Assembly: GCA_040754655.1 (NCBI GenBank)
Contig: JBFMCE010000026.1
Location: forward strand, 1-41,634
Length of the DNA stretch: 41,634 bases
DNA from: Bdellovibrionota bacterium
GTDB taxonomy: Bacteria; Bdellovibrionota; UBA1018; UBA923
Direction of reading: 5' to 3'
Shown here: one piece after another, positions 27,380-36,675 of the stretch
How the letters are laid out: the number at the start of each line of letters is the position of its first letter
Numbering within the stretch: position 1 is the stretch's first letter
Made by a program: the position numbers and the translations under genes
Notes under the pieces: model-generated
What the model saw: only the letters and a program-made list of their open reading frames with translations
Databases searched by the model: none
What the model was told of the DNA's origin: nothing

Positions 27380-27974
27380 ACGCCGCTCAGCGCATACGAT
27401 CAAGATGCCGGAAGGAGAACTCAATATCGTCCCTCTGATGGACGTGTTGACGATTCTCATTTTCTTCCTGCTCCTGGGAACGAGCTTTGCGAGCTACTCA
27501 GTCGTGCAAGCCACGCCGCTTCTCTCGGGCGAACCCTCCCAAGAGAAGAAACCAACCTTCGTCTTGAAACTCGGTATCGAAAGAGACCTTGAAGCCGAGG
27601 TTTGGCTTGGGCCGATCCACGAGCTCAAGATGGTGCAAGCAGCCGAACTGAAGGCTTATCTGGGCAGACGTTTTTCGGGAAACCCGCAAGCGGGCTATTC
27701 CATGAAGCTTTCCGCAAGAGACAAGGACGGCTTTCGAAGAGAATTGCAAGACATCTTGGTCGCGCTCAAGAAGAGCTTCCCTCACGAGAATAAAGTGGTG
27801 GTGGCCTTCGCTGATAAGATCGGTTACCAGCGGATGATCGATGTGGTTTCGTCGGTGCGCGAGCTCGCGTCAGAACGAGAAGGATTCGTCTTGATCAATC
27901 TCTTGGGCAAGCAAGAAAAAACCAGGGTCTTGTTTCCGGAAGTGATCATGTCGGAATGGAGCGAAGGAGCGTAG
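27369..27974 (+). CDS. ExbD/TolR family protein (AglQ/AglS-like)
   Basis: TM helix ELNIVPLMDVLTILIFFLL with the conserved Asp; C-terminal Y..MIDVV...R and LFPEV. Confidence 0.88.
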   Translation: MLRKRRSAHTIKMPEGELNIVPLMDVLTILIFFLLLGTSFASYSVVQATPLLSGEPSQEKKPTFVLKLGIERDLEAEVWLGPIHELKMVQAAELKAYLGRRFSGNPQAGYSMKLSARDKDGFRRELQDILVALKKSFPHENKVVVAFADKIGYQRMIDVVSSVRELASEREGFVLINLLGKQEKTRVLFPEVIMSEWSEGA

Positions 27975-27976
27975 GC

Positions 27977-28528
27977 ATGGGCCTTAAAAGAAAAAACAAA
28001 CCTCGCGTGCATCTTGAAGAAGTGCCGCTGAACATCACGGCGCTCCTTGATATGATGACTGTTTTGTTGTTTTTCCTCATCCAAAGCTTCATGGTGAGCT
28101 CGATGGCGCTGACGCCCCCGGCGGGAGTGAGGCTGCCGACGTCGAGCAAGGTCGCCGAGCCGGAAGAAACGGTGGTCGTCGCGTTGAGCGCAAAAGAACT
28201 GCGCGGTGACAACAAATTACTCACCACGCTGGCTGAAGGAAAGTTCAAGCCCTACGAGATCGCGCCAGACCACAGAACCATCATCCCTCTCAAAGAGTTC
28301 TTGGACAAAGAGCAGAAAAAACGCTTAGCAGTTTACAAAGGAGCCGGTGACCTTTCGATCTTGCCTCCGGGAAAACTGCTGATTCAAGCCGACAAAGAGA
28401 TTCCATTCGGAATACTGAAATACGTTCTTCACACCGCCACAGTGACCGGATACTCTGATTACCAATTCGTCGTGGTATCGGAAAGCGGCGACCCCTCTCG
28501 CGCTCCCGCCAGCCCTGCGAGGAAATGA
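27977..28528 (+). CDS. ExbD/TolR family protein (AglQ/AglS-like)
   Basis: LNITALLDMMTVLLFFLI and LIQADKEIPF..LK.VL.T...GY. ATG at 27977 follows AAGGAG. Confidence 0.9.
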   Translation: MGLKRKNKPRVHLEEVPLNITALLDMMTVLLFFLIQSFMVSSMALTPPAGVRLPTSSKVAEPEETVVVALSAKELRGDNKLLTTLAEGKFKPYEIAPDHRTIIPLKEFLDKEQKKRLAVYKGAGDLSILPPGKLLIQADKEIPFGILKYVLHTATVTGYSDYQFVVVSESGDPSRAPASPARK

Positions 28529-28530
28529 CA

Positions 28531-30132
28531 TCACCTTTCGCGATGAAATGGCTGTCCGCGGGTAGTTAAAACGTCATGCAGGGGGAAGAACTGAACCCCT
28601 TCCATCGTTATTACAGTCACAATACCGTTCTCGGCCGAAACTGACTCGACCGCTGCATCGGCACCCGAAGCCTCTTCTACGCGAAAATGATTGCGCACGT
28701 TCCCATTGCGTAGATCAATGACCGAAACGCCCCCCGATATGAAATCCGGGGCATTATCGCTCCTGCCAGTGAGTCTTGTTCGTGAAGCGACAAAGACGTG
28801 GTCCTCAAAACCCGGCACCGGCTCCAACGACCGCGCCGCCCCAGGCGTCTGAATGTTCTTTTGATCAGCGCCGTCATAAACCCAGAGGCCCTTGTTACCC
28901 AATGCAACGACAATCTTGTTACCCACCACGTGCACTGATTCAGGCGCCTGATCGGCATCAAATTCTTTCAGGATTTCATATTCGACTTTCTCAGGCTGCA
29001 CTGGCCAGTAACGATAGCGTCCGAGAAGTTGCATGAGCTCAGGTTTCTCAAGCCTTTGTGGCTGCACGAGACGCATTTTCACGAGTACGGCCTTCTTCGC
29101 AACGCCAGCCGGTTTCAGAAAGATCGACTTATGGCTGAATTGCGGCCATTCTACTTCTTTTTCCGTAATCACATAAGCGATGCCCGCCTTCCCGTCGACA
29201 TAGGCTGCTCGCCCAATGCCAAAAGGAATCTCAAACTCCCAGGTGGTTTCTAGCTTTGCATCCACCCAATCGTTAGAAGCCTTTCTTGCCAATTCGAAGG
29301 AACCACGAGGCCGAATCCTCGACCTGCCAGAGCCCGATGCGGGCGCCGGAAACTCTCCCTCTTCATACCGAATCCTGCCCAACCTCGCTGACTCGTTAGC
29401 ATCAACGGCTCTGCGCACCAATACATTCGAGTTGGGATTGACGTAATAAAACCCTTGAGTGACCTCTTCCGGAGAGAACGCGGGATCCGTCACCAAGTAC
29501 TCTTCCCTGACTTTTTGAAAACTTTGAATGGCATGGCCTCGCTGTGGAAACTCGAGATCAGAACGCTCATAGGCTGCCTTGATTCCACCAAGGTAATTCT
29601 CTTTTGGGTCCCTGTTATCGGCCTTGACCAAGCTCACGCGGTCGATCGAACGGGGATCTTGGCCGGCAGGCTTTGTTTTTACGCTAGCAGATGCAGACTG
29701 TCGGATTACCGGTGCAACTTCTTGCTTGCCTTGTTCGAGGATGTAGACCTCGTTGTTCTCACCCAAAATATAGCCAGTGACTCTGATTTTTTCCGGAGAG
29801 AACGCCTGCCTAGTAATACGCGCGTAGTTTGCAAATGCTTTTCGTCGCACGTACACTTGCCGCCAACTCATCCAGTCGTAAGTTTCGCGAGCAAGTTTTT
29901 CGTAAGTTTTTTGGCGCAAATCCTCTTTGAACTCAAGAATCAACCGTGCCTCGGCCTGCTCAAGGCTCGGAGGAAGTACATCAATCACGCTTCGCTTTAA
30001 GAGGTACTCGCATCTTCTTAGAGCGCCAACAACGGAAACCGACCACGAACTAGCCTGCACTCTTGCAACTAAACAGAACTGCGAAAGGATGAGCATTCCC
30101 ATCCCAAAATGGAAAATCGATTTTTTGGGCAT
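28531..30132 (-). CDS. Hypothetical exported protein with C-terminal beta-propeller-like repeats
   Basis: Signal peptide ending VQA. Blade-like segments VHVVGNKIVVALGNKGLWVYD and GGVSVIDL. Confidence 0.65.
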   Translation of the reverse strand: MPKKSIFHFGMGMLILSQFCLVARVQASSWSVSVVGALRRCEYLLKRSVIDVLPPSLEQAEARLILEFKEDLRQKTYEKLARETYDWMSWRQVYVRRKAFANYARITRQAFSPEKIRVTGYILGENNEVYILEQGKQEVAPVIRQSASASVKTKPAGQDPRSIDRVSLVKADNRDPKENYLGGIKAAYERSDLEFPQRGHAIQSFQKVREEYLVTDPAFSPEEVTQGFYYVNPNSNVLVRRAVDANESARLGRIRYEEGEFPAPASGSGRSRIRPRGSFELARKASNDWVDAKLETTWEFEIPFGIGRAAYVDGKAGIAYVITEKEVEWPQFSHKSIFLKPAGVAKKAVLVKMRLVQPQRLEKPELMQLLGRYRYWPVQPEKVEYEILKEFDADQAPESVHVVGNKIVVALGNKGLWVYDGADQKNIQTPGAARSLEPVPGFEDHVFVASRTRLTGRSDNAPDFISGGVSVIDLRNGNVRNHFRVEEASGADAAVESVSAENGIVTVITMEGVQFFPLHDVLTTRGQPFHRER

Positions 30133-30179
30133 AAAATAACTACCGACGGCTATATATATTAACCGACTATATATATCAA

Positions 30180-31625
30180 TTAAATTTGAGGTTGAATTGA
30201 ACTTATTGCAGGCTTTGAATCATAGAACTTCTGAGCGTTCGAGATCAGCATAAAGGAATGAGGTTTAGGTTTGCACTCGATCAAAAATTGATACGCAAAC
30301 ATCGATGGATAAAAACGGGCTAAACCGTCAGAAATACGAGCTAAAAGCCTGCCAAGTTTGCCAGGAAATACGAGATTGAAAGGCACGCCGATGCCCCTCA
30401 CTTCACCCGACTCGTAACCCGTTTCATGAAGCATTCTTCGCACTGACGACAACGTGAACAGGCGATTGTGGTTTACCTTTAGGATTCCTCGCTCGCCATA
30501 ATTGAAAGTACCAAAAGCGAGCAAGATCCTGAGCCCCAAGAACGCCACATTACCCGCCGAGAGAACAAATGTCGGCTGATGCAGGCTTCCCATGCTGTAA
30601 CGGCAATTCACCAGGAAATTCTCGGTATCGCTGTAACGTTCGATGCGATCAAGGCTAAGGACATAGTCATAGGCTGAGACATCTTCTTCTGGTTTTCCCG
30701 CTTCGAGATCAACCGTACGGGTAGTGACTTTGCACGAAAGTGCGCTCAGCTGCTGGTTGAGAAATTCCGAGTTCCTACCCAAATTCAAGACCTTTGACCC
30801 CGGACGGATGCGCTCAATCACGTGATACTGCGCCGAGCCGCTCTGGCTCTCTTGATGCTTGAGCAGTCCGCGATACTGCATCGAGCAGAAAAAGCCGATT
30901 TTTTGGAACTTATACTCTAGGCACGCCTTTACGACGTCCCAAGCATACTGCATCCCATTCACATGGCAAATCTCATCGCCATAATGGGTTGGAATCGAAA
31001 ACTCGGCCACCTTCGCCTCAAGCGCAAAGGCTTGAAGCAGGATCTCGGTGTCAAAATGAAAGTCATTGGTATTGAGCTCAAACGGGATCTTCTTCAAAAA
31101 ACCCGTGTCATAAGCCCTATAGCCGGTATGAAACTCGGAAAGAGCGCTCCCAACGGTGTAATTCTGAAAGGTAGTGAGGACTTGGTTTCCGATCCATTTG
31201 TAAAACGGCATCCCGCCCGCGCGGGCTCGAGACTTTTCGATCATCCTCGATCCCAGCACGACGTCAGCCTTCTCTTCCTCCCATCGTTTCACGAATTCAA
31301 GAACGAGTTCAGGAGCGTACTGGCCATCGCCATGGAGCAGGATGACCAAGCCAAATCCGTTTTCAACAGCGTAGCGATAACCCACTTTTTGGTTGCCGCC
31401 ATAACCCATATTGATTGTGTTCCTCAACACGGTCACATTGTCATACTTGTAATGGCTCACATGGGTCGACGCAGTTTGCGCGGTTTGATCCTTGCTGCAA
31501 TCGTCAATGATCAGGACGTGGAAACTGGAATTGTTGAAGACTTCTTTCGGCAAACGATCAAGGACTGAGCGAATATGATTGCCCGCATTGTACGCGACGA
31601 TGAAGATAAGAACTCGATCACTCAT
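30180..31625 (-). CDS. GT2 (DPM1-like) glycosyltransferase fused to a degenerate methyltransferase-like domain
   Basis: IVAYNA, IDDCSKD, NMGYGGNQK, LLHGDGQY, SEFHTGYRAY and FHFDTEI; C-terminal GSKVLNLG...YDYVL.LD.IE. Start taken as MSDRV. Confidence 0.88.
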   Translation of the reverse strand: MSDRVLIFIVAYNAGNHIRSVLDRLPKEVFNNSSFHVLIIDDCSKDQTAQTASTHVSHYKYDNVTVLRNTINMGYGGNQKVGYRYAVENGFGLVILLHGDGQYAPELVLEFVKRWEEEKADVVLGSRMIEKSRARAGGMPFYKWIGNQVLTTFQNYTVGSALSEFHTGYRAYDTGFLKKIPFELNTNDFHFDTEILLQAFALEAKVAEFSIPTHYGDEICHVNGMQYAWDVVKACLEYKFQKIGFFCSMQYRGLLKHQESQSGSAQYHVIERIRPGSKVLNLGRNSEFLNQQLSALSCKVTTRTVDLEAGKPEEDVSAYDYVLSLDRIERYSDTENFLVNCRYSMGSLHQPTFVLSAGNVAFLGLRILLAFGTFNYGERGILKVNHNRLFTLSSVRRMLHETGYESGEVRGIGVPFNLVFPGKLGRLLARISDGLARFYPSMFAYQFLIECKPKPHSFMLISNAQKFYDSKPAISSIQPQI

Positions 31626-31775
31626 AGAAATTATTGTCATTGACGCTAACAACGCCCTGGTTCATTTGCAAGCCTAGTCTTGCTTCTTTTTGCCTAGGCT
31701 CATCGCTGCCGAAGACCGTTATCCAACCGACCTTTATCAAGCCGCGTCTTGACCCTTCGTTTTTCGAGGAGCTTA

Positions 31776-32183
31776 ATGGCTCGTATGCGGATTCTTCTCG
31801 TAGAAGACGATGAAAGCATTAGAGAGGTGTTTAAACTCTACCTCGAAACGGAAACTCCCTTTGACGGGCTCAGCGTTGACGTGGCCTGCAACGGAACGCA
31901 AGCCATCAAACAGATCGGCGCGGTAAAACCCGACTTGGTGCTGCTCGATCTCACTTTGCCCGGACAACATGGATTTGAGGTTTTCAAGAAAATCCAAGCT
32001 CTAGAGGGTTGCCAAGCATTGCCTGTCGTAGCGGTGACCGCCCACAACCATGCTGAACTGAAGAAACAAGCCTTGGATCTTGGCTTCTTTGGATACATCT
32101 TGAAGCCCATCGATTTCGATGCAGAGCTCATTCCACTTCTGAAAGACTTTTCGGAGAAACATTCCAAATCCAGCGTTGCTTGA
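31776..32183 (+). CDS. Single-domain response regulator (CheY/DivK-like)
   Basis: ILLVEDD, PDLVLLDLTLPG, VAVTAH and YILKPID. ATG at 31776 follows GAGGAG. Confidence 0.92.
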   Translation: MARMRILLVEDDESIREVFKLYLETETPFDGLSVDVACNGTQAIKQIGAVKPDLVLLDLTLPGQHGFEVFKKIQALEGCQALPVVAVTAHNHAELKKQALDLGFFGYILKPIDFDAELIPLLKDFSEKHSKSSVA

Positions 32184-32197
32184 GAACCGCCGGCCTT

Positions 32198-33316
32198 TCA
32201 AAGGACCACCTGCTTCGCGTAAGAACCAGCGTCCATCTCCGGCCTTCCGCGGGTGTTGCTATAAATCCATCGCACGACCCGAGGATTCCGTTTCAAAACC
32301 GAAACCAACGGGGCGTGCGCCCTATCGCTCCAAAGGATAGGATGAATCGTCTTAGAAAGACGGATCCGAGCCCTGAATTTTTTCTCCCACGCCCTACGGT
32401 ATTCGAAGTCGGTCGCATTTTTCGCCGCCATTCGTCCGGCAAGTTCCCCTCCTTCGATCGCCATCGACATTCCGTCGCCGACAAATGGCGGAACCAATTG
32501 CGCCGAGTCGCCAAGCCGCCATCGGCCGTCGCAAACGGGGCCAGGCGTCGAAAAATCAAAACGAGCCGACGAAACGTGCGTCCTCAGCAACGATTCCACT
32601 TTGTCCGTCCAACCGGTGAGTACGCGGTTTGTTTGAAGAGCGCCTTCGCAAAGATGTCTCCAGGTCACGTACTTCCAAACCTTCGAAGTTCGACGCCGGT
32701 CAAACAGTGCGCAATAAGAAAGCTCTCCGTCAAACATCCGGGTAAACCCGATATAGCCTCCTTGGATTTGATAGAGCGCCACATCTAGGCCGTTTAAAAC
32801 ATCAAGGCCTGCGAGTTTTTCTTTGCAATACCCTTTAACAGCGAAATAGGGGCTCTTGAGATTTCCCCTCTCTTTGCCGACGGCGTACAAACGCTTCCTA
32901 TCCACCTCTTGCGCCTCGCTTCCATCTAATGGAACGGAAGTCTCCCAAAAAATCTCGACGCCAGACGAAATGCATTCGCGGGCAAACCACGAATCCAAGA
33001 GATCGCGCCTCACTCCCCACCCCTTCGGCTCCAACGAAAGGTTGAGAGTTTGGCCGTCACGGCCTACCCAAGCGAACCGGCTCAATGACCTGGCTCTGAG
33101 TTGTTCTTGCAACTCAGCCGCAGTCTTTCTCGTGAGCCAACCTAACTTTGCAAAACCTTCGTGCGACAAAAATTCACCGCAAAGTTTCATGCAAGGATAA
33201 CGTCGCTTCTCGTAAACCCTTACCCGAGCGCCGTGCCTTGCGATCGTCAATGCCGCAGACAACCCGGCCAATCCAGCGCCAATGATTTCAAAGCTATGGT
33301 GATTCAACCTGAGCAT
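32198..33316 (-). CDS. FAD-dependent oxidoreductase (geranylgeranyl reductase/FixC-like)
   Basis: IIGAGLAG, KLCGEFLS and LGDSAQLVPPFVGDGMSMA. Confidence 0.88.
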   Translation of the reverse strand: MLRLNHHSFEIIGAGLAGLSAALTIARHGARVRVYEKRRYPCMKLCGEFLSHEGFAKLGWLTRKTAAELQEQLRARSLSRFAWVGRDGQTLNLSLEPKGWGVRRDLLDSWFARECISSGVEIFWETSVPLDGSEAQEVDRKRLYAVGKERGNLKSPYFAVKGYCKEKLAGLDVLNGLDVALYQIQGGYIGFTRMFDGELSYCALFDRRRTSKVWKYVTWRHLCEGALQTNRVLTGWTDKVESLLRTHVSSARFDFSTPGPVCDGRWRLGDSAQLVPPFVGDGMSMAIEGGELAGRMAAKNATDFEYRRAWEKKFRARIRLSKTIHPILWSDRAHAPLVSVLKRNPRVVRWIYSNTRGRPEMDAGSYAKQVVL

Positions 33317-33377
33317 CCCCTCGCTCCAAACTTACTACTCTAGACATCTCCGTCAACCTATCGCAGATTGATTCACA

Positions 33378-34433
33378 ATGTACGAAACCGAAAGAGCAAT
33401 TTTAAAACAGGGCTCCTTATTGGCGCTGGACTGGCAGGAACGAATCCCCCGCCCTCTTCGTCGAGAGTTGACGCGAGTAAAAAAAATCACGTTCATTGGC
33501 ACTGGAAGCTCTTTTCATGCGGCGCTTTGGGCACATTGGCTGTGCCAGTTGTCTGGCACGAAAGAGATTGCAAGTCAGGCGCTGACGGTCTGGGATTTCT
33601 TGGCAGCCGGTGCGTGTGCTGCACCGGGAAGAGATGAGTTTACAGTGGTGATCTCGCATCGAGGAAACCGAGGACTCACTGCTCGCGCATTAAAAACCTT
33701 GTCGAGCTCTAAGCGGATTTTGCTCTGCGCCCAGAGTTCACCGGCGGGAAAGCATCCTTTTGTCTATACCTCACCCCCCGAGCTTTCAAATGCGCACACC
33801 ATGAGTTTGACCGCGGCGATGGCGGCTTCATCGGAAGTCGTAGCCGCCGTTCTTCCTGAGAAAAGCCGGATAAAGCTGAGGTCGCAGCGAAAAATAGCGG
33901 CTCAAATATATCGCAAACTTGCAGACCTCAGCCCTCACGCCACTCAACTTGAACAGCTAGCTCGAAAAGGCAGGGCATTATTTTTCGTCGGTGGGGGTCC
34001 TTTTTACGCCATTGCGCTTGAGCTTGCGTTGAAAGCCAAGGAAATGGCGCACGTCCCTGCTCACGCATTGGGGCTTGAAGAATCCTTGCATGGGCCGATA
34101 ACCGCGGTTGAAAAGAATGATGTCGTCGTCTTGCTTGGCCCCTCTGAGCCTCTCAAAGGCGGATCTCACCTTAAATTCCTATTTTCAGACAGGGCCGATC
34201 GCTGCGCCTCGGCCGCCAAGGCCATCGGTGCTCAGCTGATTAGGCCAGATTATAGACAAGCGTTTGCTGAAAAACCAACCAAACCGATTGATATGGCTTG
34301 GCAGTCACTATTGCTCCTTTACTGGGGGCAGCAATTCTGCCTGGAACTTTCCAAAAGAAAGGGCGCGCATCCCGATCTGAACCGCCGTGACAACCCCCTT
34401 TATGAAGAGGCCCGCAAGCGCATCGAATTGTGA
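33378..34433 (+). CDS. Double-SIS-domain sugar-phosphate isomerase/deaminase (GlmS C-terminal-like, no glutaminase domain)
   Basis: FIGTGSSFHAA, ISHRG, ALELALKAKE and EESLHGP. Confidence 0.85.
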   Translation: MYETERAILKQGSLLALDWQERIPRPLRRELTRVKKITFIGTGSSFHAALWAHWLCQLSGTKEIASQALTVWDFLAAGACAAPGRDEFTVVISHRGNRGLTARALKTLSSSKRILLCAQSSPAGKHPFVYTSPPELSNAHTMSLTAAMAASSEVVAAVLPEKSRIKLRSQRKIAAQIYRKLADLSPHATQLEQLARKGRALFFVGGGPFYAIALELALKAKEMAHVPAHALGLEESLHGPITAVEKNDVVVLLGPSEPLKGGSHLKFLFSDRADRCASAAKAIGAQLIRPDYRQAFAEKPTKPIDMAWQSLLLLYWGQQFCLELSKRKGAHPDLNRRDNPLYEEARKRIEL

Positions 34434-34448
34434 TATAAGGCGCTCACC

Positions 34449-35366
34449 ATGAAAGATATTTTTGATGAAATTGCCGAATTGAAGGCGCGCAAGAAAGCCA
34501 TCGTCTTGGCCCATTACTATCAAGACGCCGACATCCAAGATGTGGCTGATTACGTTGGCGACAGCCTTGAACTTTCTCGGAAAGCCGCCCAAACCGACGC
34601 TCGTCTGATCGTCTTCGCTGGCGTTCATTTCATGGCGGAGACGGCGAAAATACTGAACCCCAGCAAAAAAGTGGTGCTCCCAGACCTTAAAGCAGGGTGT
34701 TCGCTTGCGGATTCGTGCCCGCCGCAGCTTTTTAGCCGTTTCAAAGAGCAGCATCCGAATGCCGTCGTCATCTCCTACATCAACTGCAGCGCCGAGATTA
34801 AGGCCTTGAGCGATTACATTTGCACCAGCAGCAACGCCGAAAAAATCGTGGCGGCGATCCCTTCAAACCAACCCATCATCTTCGCCCCGGACAAAAATCT
34901 TGGCGCCTATCTCTCAAAGAAACTCGGAAGAGAAATGATCTTATGGCAGGGAAGCTGCATGGTGCATGAGATCTTCTCAGAAAGAAAACTTGAAAGGCTC
35001 AAAGAACAGTACCCCGATGCTCCGGTCATAGCTCATCCAGAGTGTGAGGAAACCGTGTTGCGCAGAGCCGATTTCATTGGATCGACCTCGGCTCTATTGC
35101 GCTTTAGCCAAGCAAGTACGGCCAAACAGTTCATCGTCGTGACGGAGGCTGGCATTCTTCACCAGATGAAAAAAGCCTCGCCAGATAAAGAATTCATCCC
35201 GGCTCCTCCGGAAAACACGTGTGCTTGCAATGAGTGCCCGCACATGAAGCGCAATACCCTCGAAAAATTACGAGACTGCTTGCTGAACGAAACCCCAGAA
35301 ATCCATTTGTCAGAAGACTTGAGGATTCGCGCTTTAAAGCCCTTAGAACGAATGCTTGCTTTTTAG
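34449..35366 (+). CDS. nadA: Quinolinate synthase
   Basis: [41 protein letters not shown] and CPHMK. Confidence 0.98.
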   Translation: MKDIFDEIAELKARKKAIVLAHYYQDADIQDVADYVGDSLELSRKAAQTDARLIVFAGVHFMAETAKILNPSKKVVLPDLKAGCSLADSCPPQLFSRFKEQHPNAVVISYINCSAEIKALSDYICTSSNAEKIVAAIPSNQPIIFAPDKNLGAYLSKKLGREMILWQGSCMVHEIFSERKLERLKEQYPDAPVIAHPECEETVLRRADFIGSTSALLRFSQASTAKQFIVVTEAGILHQMKKASPDKEFIPAPPENTCACNECPHMKRNTLEKLRDCLLNETPEIHLSEDLRIRALKPLERMLAF

Positions 35367-35374
35367 CGCGATCC

Positions 35375-36331
35375 TTACTTTGGGCCCCTTCCTTGAGGAG
35401 CGCTGGCAGAGCCTCTTAAGATTTGGCTCAACGCTCGGATGTGTTCCGGCGTCATTCCGCAACACCCTCCCAAAATTAGTGAATGGTAAGAACGCATCCA
35501 TTCGAGCGCCGATTGGGCATATTCCGCTGCTTGCTGCTCTACCGTCAGCCCGTCAGGGCGCCACTTTATTTGTTTTGATCCAGCGATAGTCATCTTGGAA
35601 GCATTCGCATAGGCTCCCAAAACAACTCCCTGGGCCGTTATGGCCTGAAGTGCTCTCAATGCTTTTTCAATCACGCTCGAATGCACGCAATTTACAAGTA
35701 CGGCGCCCGCGCCATGACTCACACACTCTTGAGCTGCCCCAACCAAAGGTTCCCCGCCGAGCAAATGCGAGCCCGTTTCATCGACGATAAAACTCACGAG
35801 AACCGACTTGGCCCGAGCTTTCTGCGCAGCATCCAGCGCCGCGCGCGCTTCGCGCAAAGTTCCCATCGTCTCGATCAGCACCAAATCGCAACCCGCCTCT
35901 ACGAGCCACTGCGCCGTTTGCCGATGCACTTCTTCTAAAACCTTTAACGGTGGAACAAGCTCAGGCCGATAACAGTCTTCAAGAGGCCCAATGCTGCCCG
36001 CTACAAAGAGCGCTTCTTCACTCTCGAAAGCTTCAACGGCCTCTGTCGCAAGAGCGACCGAAGAATGCACCAGCTTGCGGGTTTCAAGTACGGTCAAACC
36101 CGCTTTTTTTGACGAATAGGAATTGGCCCGAAAGGTGTTTGCCGTAAGAATTTGGGCTCCGGCCCGCAGGTAGTTTTGGTGCACCTCTAAAAGAAGATCA
36201 GGACGGTCGAGTGAAGCCTTCGCGGTCCAAAGATGCTCGGAAGGTTGATACCCTTTCCGAATAAGCTCGGTACCGGTAGGTCCATCCAGAATCAAAAAAG
36301 GAGTATGCGGCAACAGTCGAGGCTCATCCAT
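35375..36331 (-). CDS. Homocysteine S-methyltransferase family protein
   Basis: LDGPTGTEL, AGAQILTANTF, VAGSIGP, IETM, VNC and the Zn ligands in GGCCG. Confidence 0.9.
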   Translation of the reverse strand: MDEPRLLPHTPFLILDGPTGTELIRKGYQPSEHLWTAKASLDRPDLLLEVHQNYLRAGAQILTANTFRANSYSSKKAGLTVLETRKLVHSSVALATEAVEAFESEEALFVAGSIGPLEDCYRPELVPPLKVLEEVHRQTAQWLVEAGCDLVLIETMGTLREARAALDAAQKARAKSVLVSFIVDETGSHLLGGEPLVGAAQECVSHGAGAVLVNCVHSSVIEKALRALQAITAQGVVLGAYANASKMTIAGSKQIKWRPDGLTVEQQAAEYAQSALEWMRSYHSLILGGCCGMTPEHIRALSQILRGSASAPQGRGPK

Positions 36332-36332
36332 C

Positions 36333-36665
36333 TCACTTTTGATTTACCACATTAAAACGAGCATCCGAAAACTTGCCTTGCGGCACTTCAATGACCACGA
36401 GTTCGGAATCGGGGAATGCCTGGCACGCCAGCCTCACAGATTCTCCGTCAAGCGCGCGCGCCTTCTTGAGTAGATTCATCTCATCTGTTTGCATTGGGCT
36501 TAAACGCCCTGAGATCAGCCGTACACGACAAGTGCTGCACTCGCACTGACCGCCGCACCTCGACTGCAAGCTGCGCTCGATCAATTGAGCATGAGCGAGC
36601 AGGTTCAGCTCTTTATAAGCATCCACCTCAACGTCGCCATCAACAAACCTGAAAATGACTTTCAC
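36333..36665 (-). CDS. 2Fe-2S ferredoxin
   Basis: CGGQCECSTC...RLACQ. Confidence 0.92.
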   Translation of the reverse strand: MKVIFRFVDGDVEVDAYKELNLLAHAQLIERSLQSRCGGQCECSTCRVRLISGRLSPMQTDEMNLLKKARALDGESVRLACQAFPDSELVVIEVPQGKFSDARFNVVNQK

Positions 36666-36675
36666 GCTGTTCGTC

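Noticed and set aside
26723..27460. Long antisense ORFs (also 23471..24130, 40119..40748, 30963..31568, 32180..32788)
   Set aside because: They are shadows of well-supported genes on the opposite strand, with no family motifs.
24905..28528. Ordinary TonB-ExbBD uptake or Tol-Pal locus
   Set aside because: No TonB-dependent receptor, tolB or pal is adjacent. The FHA-TonB_C architecture, CglF-like gene and TPR gene fit an Agl/Glt-type system better.
31689..31715. Sigma28 promoter before the single-domain response regulator
   Set aside because: GCCGAAGA is present, but there is no acceptable -35 box at 15-nt spacing.
33378..34433. glmS, or a glmS pseudogene
   Set aside because: There is no glutaminase domain or GlmS C-terminal signature, but the ORF is intact, so it is best called a stand-alone SIS protein.
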